Of a stretch of DNA of 64,000 nucleotides, positions 30,518 to 39,481 are shown piece by piece. This DNA is from an uncultured cyanobacterium (GTDB lineage Bacteria > Cyanobacteriota > Cyanobacteriia > Phormidesmidales > Phormidesmidaceae), in contig CAWBZI010000002.1 in assembly GCA_963793265.1 (NCBI GenBank), positions 736,001 through 800,000 on the forward strand, in the 5' to 3' direction. A program made the translations under genes and the position numbers. The notes under the pieces were generated by a model that was not told where the DNA came from, did no database searches, and worked only from the letters and a program-made list of their open reading frames with translations. Positions within the stretch are counted from its first letter, which is position 1, and every line of letters starts with the position of its first letter.

Positions 30518-31537
30518 ATGATCAAAAGCATGAAAACCCGCCTAAATTCATACCGGACTATCGTCTTCGATAGACTTAAGCCGGTGATGAAGTCCCTATT
30601 TGTCTTCGGCCTAGCCGCACTGCTGATCTTCTCGCAAGCAGATGGCGCACTTGCCGCTCGTGGGGGCGGACGAATAGGCGGCGGTAGCTTCCGTGCCCCT
30701 AGCCGTTCATATTCCTCACCGAGTCGTTCACGCGGGCCCTCAGGTTACGGTGGCGGCTATGGCGGTGGCTATGGTAGAGGCTACTACCCCGGCGGTGGCT
30801 TCGGATTTCCCTTCATTCTGCCGTTCGTTGGCTTTGGTGGGGCGGGTGGCCTGTTTGGTATTTTCATTGCAATTGCGATCGCTAACTTCCTCATCCGCAG
30901 CTTCCGCAACGCGGGCGTCGGTGGCGACGAACTTGGCGGCTACGGCGACACCGCCAACCCCACCGTCTCAGTGGCCCGTGTCCAAATTGGCCTCCTTGCC
31001 CAAGCCCGTGAGCTACAGGTTGATCTCAACCAGCTAGCTAACACAGCCGATACTGGCACCTCAGCCGGACTCACCAAAATTCTGCAAGAAACCACCCTGT
31101 CTTTACTCCGAAATCCAGAGTACTGGGCCTACGCCGATATTGAGTCCGACCAGACCAGGCTCTTAGCCGCCGAGCAGGCTTTCAACCAGTTAGCCATCGC
31201 AGAGCGCAGCAAGTTCACCGGAGAAACCCTTTCCAACGTCAACGCTCAGCTTACTCAGGCCAAAGCTAAGGCTGCTCTGAACAGCACTGGCGAGCTAGCT
31301 ACTCAAAATGAACCCGGAGAGTACATCGTTGCGACAATTCTGGTGGCTAGTCAAGGTAAGCTAAATCTGCCTGAAGCTAGCAGCGTAGACAACGTGCGTA
31401 GCGCCCTCAACAAGATTGGTTCTATCTCTAGCGATCAGCTCATGGCCGTAGAGGTGCTCTGGACGCCGCAGGTATCTGGTGAAACCCTCACAGCCGATGA
31501 ACTCATCGCTGAATATCCTAATCTTCAGCTTGTGTAA
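30518..31537 (+). CDS. DUF1517 family membrane protein (FLAP1-like)
   Basis: GGRIGGGSF, Gly-rich region, TM segment, LLRNPEYW, ERSKF, VEVLWTPQ. Confidence 0.88.
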   Translation: MIKSMKTRLNSYRTIVFDRLKPVMKSLFVFGLAALLIFSQADGALAARGGGRIGGGSFRAPSRSYSSPSRSRGPSGYGGGYGGGYGRGYYPGGGFGFPFILPFVGFGGAGGLFGIFIAIAIANFLIRSFRNAGVGGDELGGYGDTANPTVSVARVQIGLLAQARELQVDLNQLANTADTGTSAGLTKILQETTLSLLRNPEYWAYADIESDQTRLLAAEQAFNQLAIAERSKFTGETLSNVNAQLTQAKAKAALNSTGELATQNEPGEYIVATILVASQGKLNLPEASSVDNVRSALNKIGSISSDQLMAVEVLWTPQVSGETLTADELIAEYPNLQLV

Positions 31538-31592
31538 AAACGCGCAAACAACTCAGTGGTTGCGGTACTGATAGCAATCGCTAAATACCCGG

Positions 31593-31626
31593 AAAACGGA
31601 GGTCTTGCAAAGGGCTTCCGTTTTTC
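31593..31626 (+). terminator. Intrinsic terminator
   Basis: AAAACGGA...TCCGTTTTT. Confidence 0.55.
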
Positions 31627-31711
31627 TATAGATGAAATGATTCAAATATGCTTAACTTTTTCAACAAAAGTGGTTAAATGAAGCCGGTTGCTGTTGTCAA
31701 GAGAGACAGAA

Positions 31712-32812
31712 ATGCTGGTATTGCTCACTCGTGTACTGCTATGGGCCTCGGTAGGGGTTCTCATTTGGTACATTCTCGCTAGAATCATTCCCAAAAAATT
31801 TCTCACCTGGTTCGGTGGGGTCATCCTCATCCTGCTATTGGTGCTATCTTTTGCCGACCCCGACGACAGCACCGTCAGCGTTATCTGGCAAATATTATCA
31901 TTTCCACTAACGCCCTTAGGTGCGGCCATCGTCTTCTTAGGCGCAGCCCTCACAGAAGGGCCTAAAAAGCCTAGAGGCACACCAGCGGCGATCGCTCTGG
32001 CCATTCTCATCTTCTCCAGCATCCCAATCTTCTCGCAATGGATCGTCAGCGATGCCGAGCAATCTGTCAGAACAGCCTACGCCCAGCGCGTCGAACTTTG
32101 TGAGGGCGTTTGCCGCAATGATGAAATTCCGGCACAGGGGAACCTAGCCGAAGCTGGGGCGATTGTAGTGATAGGTGACAGCGCCGACATTGACCGGGCT
32201 ATTGACGTATCTAGCGCACCGGGCGATGCCTCCGTCAACACCTCATTGGCACCCAGGCTCATTTATGCCGCGAGCCTCTACCAACAAGCACGCGACCGAG
32301 GCGCTTCTCCCGTTGTCATCGTCACCGCCGGAACCGGCGAAGAAAACTCAGATCAGCGCGATGTCATCCGCACAATCCTGTCGCAAAGCAATGTCCCTAA
32401 CAGCGCGGTTCAGATCGAAGATACTGGCTTAGACATTTACCGCACTGCTAGAGAAGTCGAAGAACAGCTTGAGTCCAGGCAAATTATCTCACCACGCGCT
32501 GTCCGCAGAGCCCAAGGCACAGACGACGATCGCCGCATATTTCTAGTCGCCCCTGCCATCTTGATCCAAAGAGCAGCCCTCACGTTTGAAAAAAGAGGCT
32601 TAGAAGTTGTGGCCAAACCCACCGATTTCTACACAGCCCCATTCAGCACCTCCGGCGACGTTCTCGACAGACTCCCTGATATTCTCCCCAGCGTAGACGC
32701 CCTACAGCTCACTACCCGCTACTGGAACGAGTTGCTCAACTCGCTCTACTACTTCCTTAGAGGCTGGCTACCTAACTTCAACTTCGGTTGGGATCCTAGT
32801 ATTGAGGTCTAG
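31712..32812 (+). CDS. YdcF/DUF218-like membrane protein
   Basis: N-terminal TM helices; RLIYAASLY, VIVTAG, FEKRGLEVVAKPTDF, LPSVDAL. Confidence 0.72.
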   Translation: MLVLLTRVLLWASVGVLIWYILARIIPKKFLTWFGGVILILLLVLSFADPDDSTVSVIWQILSFPLTPLGAAIVFLGAALTEGPKKPRGTPAAIALAILIFSSIPIFSQWIVSDAEQSVRTAYAQRVELCEGVCRNDEIPAQGNLAEAGAIVVIGDSADIDRAIDVSSAPGDASVNTSLAPRLIYAASLYQQARDRGASPVVIVTAGTGEENSDQRDVIRTILSQSNVPNSAVQIEDTGLDIYRTAREVEEQLESRQIISPRAVRRAQGTDDDRRIFLVAPAILIQRAALTFEKRGLEVVAKPTDFYTAPFSTSGDVLDRLPDILPSVDALQLTTRYWNELLNSLYYFLRGWLPNFNFGWDPSIEV

Positions 32813-32939
32813 CCGTTGAAGACAAAGCAGTGAACCAGGTTTTGAAGTTTGACCGTCAAAATCTAGCTCTACCGATGCTTAGCAAGCGGCTCGCTATCCA
32901 AGTATCATCAGTAGCTTAGGTCACACAATCTCCGCTTCT

Positions 32940-34685
32940 ATGGCTCAGTCCTCAAAATTCGTCCGACTCGCCTCTTATCTCAGGCCCCACTGGAAAGAAG
33001 TAAGCCTGGGCCTTATTGCCCTGCTAGTCGTCAACGCCATTGGCGTCACCATTCCGCTCACCATTGGTAGAGTTGTCGATGAGCTGACAGTCGCCTTCAC
33101 CACGGAACAGGTGATTCGCTCAGTCATACTGGTGCTGATTCTCGCCAGCATCATGTGGGTCATTCGCATGGCCTCGCGGATCTTTCTATTCGGCGCGGGT
33201 CGCAAAGTTGAATTCGACCTCAAGCAGCGTATCTTCGAGCACCTGTTGACGCTAGAACCTGCCTACTTCGCCCGCAATACCATTGGCGATCTCATCAACC
33301 GCGCCACCAGCGATGTAGACAATATCCGTCGCCTGCTCGGCTTTGCCATACTCAGCATGGCCAACACACTATTCGCCTATCTTCTAATTATCCCGGCGAT
33401 GGTCAATCTCAACGGCAGCGTGGCCTTCTTCTCTTTAGCGGTCTATCCCTTTATGTTTGCCGTTGTTGCTGTGTTTGGCGATCGCCTCCGCAAGCAGCAG
33501 CTAGACGTTCAACAAAAAATCTCTAGCCTCAGCGATCTCATCCAAGAAGACATGGGCGGCATCTCCCTCGTCAAAATCTACGCCCAAGAAGACAACGAAC
33601 GCCGCGCCTTCAGCCAGCGCAACCAAAGGCTTCTCACCGCCAATCTCGCCCTTGCCAAAACCCGCAACACCCTATTCCCCCTCCTCGGCGGCTTTGCCAG
33701 CCTCAGCCTGGTCATCGCCCTTGCCATCGGCTCCCAGGCCATCATCGCCGGACAGCTCAGCGCAGGTGATTTCGTCGCCATCATCCTCTTCATTCAGCAG
33801 CTCGTCTTTCCCACTGCGCTACTGGGCTTCACCATCACCGCCTACCAGCGCGGCGAAGTCAGCCTTGACCGCATTGAAACCATCTTCGACGCCCAACCCA
33901 AAATTCGAGACACCACCGACGCTATCTCTCTGCCTCATCCAGTCGGTCGCCTCGAAGCTCGCAACCTCGCCTTTACCTATCCAGGCTCCAACCGCCCTGC
34001 TATAGACCACGTTAATTTCACCATTGAGCCAGGGCAAACCGTCGCCGTTGTTGGCCCGATTGGCTCAGGCAAATCTACCTTAGCTATGGCGCTACCTCGT
34101 CTGTTGGAGATAGACCCAAACGAACTGTTTTTGGACGGGCATGATGTCACGAAAGTTGAGCTGAGTGATTTGAGAGGTGCGATCGCCTTCGTTCCCCAAG
34201 ACAGCTTCCTATTTAGCACCACCGTTAAAAACAACATCCGCTACGGCAAGCCACTATCTGAGCAAATCGACGTAGAACACGCTGCCAAAGAAGCCCAAAT
34301 CTACGACGAAGTACTCAACTTTCCCAGCCAGTTCAAAACCCTTGTAGGCGAACGCGGCATTACCCTTTCAGGCGGTCAACGTCAGCGCTCAGCCCTTTCT
34401 CGTGCGCTTTTAGTAGATGCCCCTATTTTGGTACTAGATGACGCCCTCTCTAGCGTGGACAATCAGACGGCAACTCAGATTTTAGACAATCTTTCTAGTG
34501 AAACTCAGAAGAAGACGGTTATCTTTGTTTCTCATCAGATGTCAGCAGCGGCTTCGTGCGATCGCATCCTGGTCATGAACGAAGGCCGCATTGCCCAGTC
34601 CGGCACCCACGATCAGCTCGTCACCCAGCCCGGCCTCTACCAAGATCTTTGGAACCAGCACAAGCTCAAAGAAGTTCTGCAATAA
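32940..34685 (+). CDS. ABC exporter, fused permease and ATPase
   Basis: TMD plus GPIGSGKS, LSGGQRQR, LVLDDALS. Confidence 0.94.
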   Translation: MAQSSKFVRLASYLRPHWKEVSLGLIALLVVNAIGVTIPLTIGRVVDELTVAFTTEQVIRSVILVLILASIMWVIRMASRIFLFGAGRKVEFDLKQRIFEHLLTLEPAYFARNTIGDLINRATSDVDNIRRLLGFAILSMANTLFAYLLIIPAMVNLNGSVAFFSLAVYPFMFAVVAVFGDRLRKQQLDVQQKISSLSDLIQEDMGGISLVKIYAQEDNERRAFSQRNQRLLTANLALAKTRNTLFPLLGGFASLSLVIALAIGSQAIIAGQLSAGDFVAIILFIQQLVFPTALLGFTITAYQRGEVSLDRIETIFDAQPKIRDTTDAISLPHPVGRLEARNLAFTYPGSNRPAIDHVNFTIEPGQTVAVVGPIGSGKSTLAMALPRLLEIDPNELFLDGHDVTKVELSDLRGAIAFVPQDSFLFSTTVKNNIRYGKPLSEQIDVEHAAKEAQIYDEVLNFPSQFKTLVGERGITLSGGQRQRSALSRALLVDAPILVLDDALSSVDNQTATQILDNLSSETQKKTVIFVSHQMSAAASCDRILVMNEGRIAQSGTHDQLVTQPGLYQDLWNQHKLKEVLQ

Positions 34686-34805
34686 GACGGCATATCTTAC
34701 GTAAGTTGACGCATTTAAGCCAACTACTCGGCCAATTGGGAATTTTTAGCTTAAGGAAAATCCTTTAAGCGCCCATAGCCGAGAGGCTTATGGAAACCAC
34801 CAACT

Positions 34806-35402
34806 ATGTCAACTATTTTATTCTTTGTGCTGATCATCGTCGGCGTTGTTCTTTCATTAGCAGGCGGTATTATCGGCATTGCTCAGTCGTTCAGCGAAAG
34901 CCTCGTCTGGGGATTGCTCTACTTATTCGTGCCATTCGCGTCTCTTGTCTTCCTCATCAAGTTCTGGAAGCAGCGCGAATGGGTACGCAAAGCCGTCTAT
35001 GCGAGCATTGCAGGTACCGTAGCTATGTTTTTAAGCATACTCGTCGCCCCTCAAGACAGCGGCTTCTATGCAGAGCTTGAAGCACAAAATGCAAACTACG
35101 AAGCAGGTTTTGAAGACGACTACCTTTCAGTCACGACCGAAAGCGGCACCTCTGCAACCTACTCAACGCAACCTACAAACGGCAGCGAGTTCAGAGACGC
35201 CATCAACTTAGCAACCGCAGCCGCTAACCAAACTCAAACCGCTAAAACCAAAGAAGAATGGAGTGCAGTTGCCTTCACTTGGCAAAACTCCATAGAACTT
35301 CTCAAAGCTGTCCCCACTAACGATCCAAACTACGCTACAGCCCAAACTAAAATCAATAGTTACAGCGCGAACCTCGCCTACGCCCAGCAAAACGCAAAAT
35401 AA
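34806..35402 (+). CDS. Hypothetical membrane protein
   Basis: Three N-terminal TM segments; C-terminal helical domain (AINLA..A...QTA....W......W..SIELLKAVP..DPNY..AQ.K). Confidence 0.75.
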   Translation: MSTILFFVLIIVGVVLSLAGGIIGIAQSFSESLVWGLLYLFVPFASLVFLIKFWKQREWVRKAVYASIAGTVAMFLSILVAPQDSGFYAELEAQNANYEAGFEDDYLSVTTESGTSATYSTQPTNGSEFRDAINLATAAANQTQTAKTKEEWSAVAFTWQNSIELLKAVPTNDPNYATAQTKINSYSANLAYAQQNAK

Positions 35403-35423
35403 CCCGCCTGCCACACTACAAGC

Positions 35424-35463
35424 AAAAAGGCCCAGACTTTCGCACAAAAGCCTGGGCCTTTTT
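35424..35463. terminator. Bidirectional terminator
   Basis: AAAAAGGCCCAG...CTGGGCCTTTTT between convergent genes. Confidence 0.75.
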
Positions 35464-35477
35464 AGCGGTATCGCATC

Positions 35478-35756
35478 CTAGTCGTGAACGAGGATCAAAG
35501 AAAGTTCATTAGGAACATCAGCTACGATTCCATCAGTGATGCAATCAGCTAGGTATTCGTCTATTGTCTCTTGAAAATCCTGCTTGGTTTCAGCAGGTGT
35601 CTCACCTCTAAAGGTAATAGTATCTCGCTCTACATTGATCACTAGGCCATGAATTAAATTATCGTCAGCATCAACAACTAAACGGCCCACATAGCCTTTG
35701 TACTCAAATGTGTTAGGCGTATTGCAACATGTTTCGGCTTCGCTATCATTATTCAA
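35478..35756 (-). CDS. hicB: HicB-family antitoxin, short and possibly degenerate
   Basis: YKGY.G......D....HG.V.....TITF.G......QDFQETIDEYL..C; TTG start; no C-terminal DNA-binding domain. Confidence 0.7.
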   Translation of the reverse strand: MNNDSEAETCCNTPNTFEYKGYVGRLVVDADDNLIHGLVINVERDTITFRGETPAETKQDFQETIDEYLADCITDGIVADVPNELSLILVHD

Positions 35757-36787
35757 AGCTCTTGCTCCATTCTTTCCATCAAAAATTCAACGAGTAGAAC
35801 ATCACTGTCATAAAGAATAGCAATGCCAATGTCTTCTATGTAGCTTTGCATCTCCCATTTAGCCTTCACGTACTCTCCTTTTCTATGGTGGCGATAACCT
35901 TCATAGCTCGCCTTCCAAAGATTATCACCGCAGTTTGACCTGGTATAAGATGTAGGAATTTCATCCATCGTCTTCCGTTCTTCTGCCTCTTCCCAAAGCA
36001 CATTGCAAGCTTCTTCTAAAAGTCGATCAGCCTTGTCCGGCTCACCCGCTTCAGTCTGCACGATCCAGCGCAGCACATAATCGTTTGCTAAACCGCGTTC
36101 TCTTTCTTCATGCGAAGCTATAAGCAGCTCAACTGTTTCTAGAGCATCACTATAGTTACCATCGAACGTTTGAAACAGTGTGAGCACTCTATAATCTTCT
36201 CTGGGCGGTTGATATAGATCCGGGTTTCTAGCTTCAATAGAGCGCTTATTGCCTTCTATAATCCCAATGGCTATGCGAATGTCTTCGTAGGCTTGAGTCT
36301 TGTTCCCTAAGACCCAATTAATCATCGCTCGTTGGTAGGTAAACTCATGAAAATGTCCAGAGGCTAATCGATCATTCAACACATTAAGATAGTTCGGCAG
36401 CGAATAATATTCTTCCGCAGATAAACCACTTTCAAGATGAATGACGGTGCTCTCATCCTGCCAATTCCATTGCGCACCTGCCCCATATAGCCGCCCAACA
36501 CTAAAGAAAACATTAGAAAACGTCACTTCTCCCGTTCCATTTTCGCCCTCCACCTGTAGCGTGAACGATGAATCACATCCATCTCCGAAGGCACAGCTAC
36601 GGTCTTTCTCTCCAATCAGTTCAGTGCCTAGTATTTCACCCGTATCTTCTAAAATTATTTCGTTCTGCACAGCCCATTTCCTAGCAGCGCGCTCAACATT
36701 TGATCCTGCGATCAGAGCAATAGCCACAACACCAGCAACACCAGCCAAACAAATCCTGTATTTTTTCTGAAATAACGGTTTCGGCAT
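35753..36787 (-). CDS. Hypothetical membrane-anchored protein with TPR-like helical C-terminal region
   Basis: N-terminal TM helix (ICLAGVAGVVAIALIAG), beta-rich domain, then helical repeats; AT-richer than flanks; ATG at 36787. Confidence 0.65.
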   Translation of the reverse strand: MPKPLFQKKYRICLAGVAGVVAIALIAGSNVERAARKWAVQNEIILEDTGEILGTELIGEKDRSCAFGDGCDSSFTLQVEGENGTGEVTFSNVFFSVGRLYGAGAQWNWQDESTVIHLESGLSAEEYYSLPNYLNVLNDRLASGHFHEFTYQRAMINWVLGNKTQAYEDIRIAIGIIEGNKRSIEARNPDLYQPPREDYRVLTLFQTFDGNYSDALETVELLIASHEERERGLANDYVLRWIVQTEAGEPDKADRLLEEACNVLWEEAEERKTMDEIPTSYTRSNCGDNLWKASYEGYRHHRKGEYVKAKWEMQSYIEDIGIAILYDSDVLLVEFLMERMEQEL

Positions 36788-36860
36788 TATCAAGCACAGT
36801 ACGTAGAAGATTATATACAAGTAGTCTGATTCACTACGGTACCTTCTACGCGAAAAAATC

Positions 36861-36899
36861 AATAAAGCCTGAACTTACTACATAAGTTCAGGCTTTATT
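36861..36899 (-). terminator. Terminator after pilC
   Basis: AATAAAGCCTGAACTTA / TAAGTTCAGGCTTTATT perfect 17-bp inverted repeat. Confidence 0.8.
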
Positions 36900-36940
36900 C
36901 AAAGATCTAATTTATTTAGCAGAATTAGCTGTTCGCTTGT

Positions 36941-38161
36941 CTATCCCAAGTGATCCATCACCGAGAACATCGGCAAATACATGGCCACCAGAATCGAACC
37001 CACCATGCCACCAAGCACCACAATCATAATCGGCTCCATAATACTCGTCAGAGCCTTCACCGCCTGCTCCACCTCATCCTCATAAAAATCCGCCACCTTC
37101 ATGAGCATCTGATCCAGCTCACCCGTTTCCTCACCAATGCTAATCATCTGAATCGCCATCACCGGAAATACCCCGTGCTCCTGCAAAGCCAAACTAATCA
37201 TTCCACCCGACTGAATCTCTGCCTGTGCCGCATTAATCGCATTCGCAATCACCTGATTACCCGACGTATCGCGCACAATCTCCAACGCCGTTAAAATCGG
37301 CACCCCCGAGCGAGACAGTGAGCCAAACGTCCGACAAAAACGCGCCGTTGCCGACTTTTGCGCCAAATCACCAAACAAAGGCATCTTCAAAAAGAAACCG
37401 TCCATTGTCACTCGGCCTACTGGCGTCTTGTAATACTGCTTGTACACAAACACCAGCACAGAGATAATCGCAATCAAACCCAACGTCAGATACCAGGTTC
37501 GCAGCATCTTACTAATCGCCATCAGCGCCCGCGTAAACAAAGGCAATGGCGCACCCAAGTCTTCAAAAATCTCCGCAAAAATTGGCAGCAGGAAAACTGT
37601 CATACCGACGAAAATAGTCACAGCCAAAAAGCCCACCGTTACCGGATAGGCCATTGCCGACTTAATTTGGTTCTGCAAGCGGTTCAGATCTTCTAGTAAC
37701 TTCGCCAAACGGTTAAGTACTTCGTCAAGCACACCACCGACCTCGCCCGCCTGAACCATGCTCACGTACAGGTTATCGAAGCACTTAGGATGCTTGCGCA
37801 TCGAGTCAGAAAGGTTAGTTCCCTGCTGAACGTCTGAATTGATGACCTGCAAAGCCTGCTTCATTTTAGGGTTAGGGCACTGGTCGGCCAAAATACCAAT
37901 ACCTCGAACCAGGGCCACACCCGAAGTCACCAAAGCCGCAAACTGACGAGAGAAAACGGCTTTGTCCTTTACCGTCACCTTCGCCATAGAAGTCGAAATA
38001 TCAGCCATATTAAAGCTGATACCGCGATTCTCTTTAATGTCTTGAACGTGCATACCCTGCTGCGACATCAGCGTACGTGCCTCAGAGACAGAAGGCGCTT
38101 CTATTTTCTGGCGGACAGCTTTACCAGTGGTATTTCGACCCGTAACAACGTAGGTAGGCAT
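36941..38161 (-). CDS. pilC: Type IV pilus platform protein
   Basis: FSRQFA.L..SGV, AGEVGGVLD, SAMAYP, IGEETGELD, EPIMIV, MYLPMF. Confidence 0.95.
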   Translation of the reverse strand: MPTYVVTGRNTTGKAVRQKIEAPSVSEARTLMSQQGMHVQDIKENRGISFNMADISTSMAKVTVKDKAVFSRQFAALVTSGVALVRGIGILADQCPNPKMKQALQVINSDVQQGTNLSDSMRKHPKCFDNLYVSMVQAGEVGGVLDEVLNRLAKLLEDLNRLQNQIKSAMAYPVTVGFLAVTIFVGMTVFLLPIFAEIFEDLGAPLPLFTRALMAISKMLRTWYLTLGLIAIISVLVFVYKQYYKTPVGRVTMDGFFLKMPLFGDLAQKSATARFCRTFGSLSRSGVPILTALEIVRDTSGNQVIANAINAAQAEIQSGGMISLALQEHGVFPVMAIQMISIGEETGELDQMLMKVADFYEDEVEQAVKALTSIMEPIMIVVLGGMVGSILVAMYLPMFSVMDHLG

Positions 38162-38301
38162 CTATTCTCTCTTCTGCTCTGGTGAATTAAGGTGTAGCAA
38201 TAGTTTTATTGATAGCTATAGCGATAGCAGCGATGCCTCCTAACGCGCACCCATACATTCACGGATAAACAAGCTAGAGGGCATCTACTGTGTGGTTATA
38301 T

Positions 38302-39408
38302 CTAGCGACGAGCTGCTTTAGCCGCAGCCGCAGGGGCACCGCCAATCAGGCGTTGAAGCTCCTCGGGGCGAGAAGTTTTCGCCATTGCCGACTCAAAACT
38401 AATCACTTTGTTCTTATAAAGCTCACCTAGCGCCATCTCTAGCGTTTGCATCGAAAGTCTGCCGCCAGTCTGAATCGCACCGTAGATTTGAGCGGTTTTA
38501 CCCTCGCGAATCATGTTAGAAATACCAGGGGTAACAACCATGATCTCTTGCGCCATCACTCGGCCAAACTCGCCGGGCTTAGGATTTGCTTTACTCACTA
38601 AGCACTGACTCAAAACAGCCACCAAGGAGTTAGAAAGCTGTACTCTAATCTGCTGGTGTTGTGCGGGTGGAAACACATCTACAATTCTGTCTACGGTCTG
38701 TGCTGCCGAGCTAGTGTGCAGCGTACCGAAAACTAAGTGACCCGTTTCTGCTGCCGAAATTGCCAGAGAGATTGTCTCCAAGTCACGCATCTCACCCACC
38801 AGAATCACATCTGGATCTTCACGCAAAGCACCTTTCAATGCATTAGAGAAGCTTTTCGTATCTTCTCCGACCTGCCTTTGGTGAATCAAACTCTTAATGG
38901 GTTCGTACACAAACTCAATCGGATCTTCAACAGTTAGAATATGCTCCGCCCGAGTCAAGTTAATGTTGTTGATCATCGAAGCTAGGGTTGTTGTTTTACC
39001 CGAGCCAGTTGGGCCGGTCACCAATACTAAGCCGCGTGGCTTCTCTGACAGCTCAGTCACAATCGGCGGCAGGCATAGCACGTCCATGCTAGGGATTTTA
39101 GAACTTAGTGCACGTAAGCAGGCAGCATAAGTACCTCTGTCCTTATATACGTTCACCCTGAATCGAGCGAGCCCCTTTACGCCATATGAGCAGTCCAACT
39201 CCCACGTTTGCTCAAGAATCTTACGCTGAGAGTTGTTCAACATGCTGAAAATCAGCCGTTGACACTGGTCGGCGGTCATGACTGGGTGGTCAGTCGCGGT
39301 TAAGTGGCCGCTGATGCGGATGTATGGAGGGAGGCCGGTTGAGAGGTGAAGGTCAGAGCCGCCGCGCTCTACGACTTCTTCCATCAGGTCTTCAATCATT
39401 AATTCCAT
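38302..39408 (-). CDS. pilT: Twitching motility retraction ATPase
   Basis: GSDLHL, GPTGSGKTTT, EDPIE, LREDPD, AAETGHLV. Confidence 0.96.
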   Translation of the reverse strand: MELMIEDLMEEVVERGGSDLHLSTGLPPYIRISGHLTATDHPVMTADQCQRLIFSMLNNSQRKILEQTWELDCSYGVKGLARFRVNVYKDRGTYAACLRALSSKIPSMDVLCLPPIVTELSEKPRGLVLVTGPTGSGKTTTLASMINNINLTRAEHILTVEDPIEFVYEPIKSLIHQRQVGEDTKSFSNALKGALREDPDVILVGEMRDLETISLAISAAETGHLVFGTLHTSSAAQTVDRIVDVFPPAQHQQIRVQLSNSLVAVLSQCLVSKANPKPGEFGRVMAQEIMVVTPGISNMIREGKTAQIYGAIQTGGRLSMQTLEMALGELYKNKVISFESAMAKTSRPEELQRLIGGAPAAAAKAARR

Positions 39409-39481
39409 GAGATTTTTCCTCGGTTGAATGGTGTAGTTATCAGGATTTGAATTTTGAAATATGAGTGGGGAGAGGCGATCG

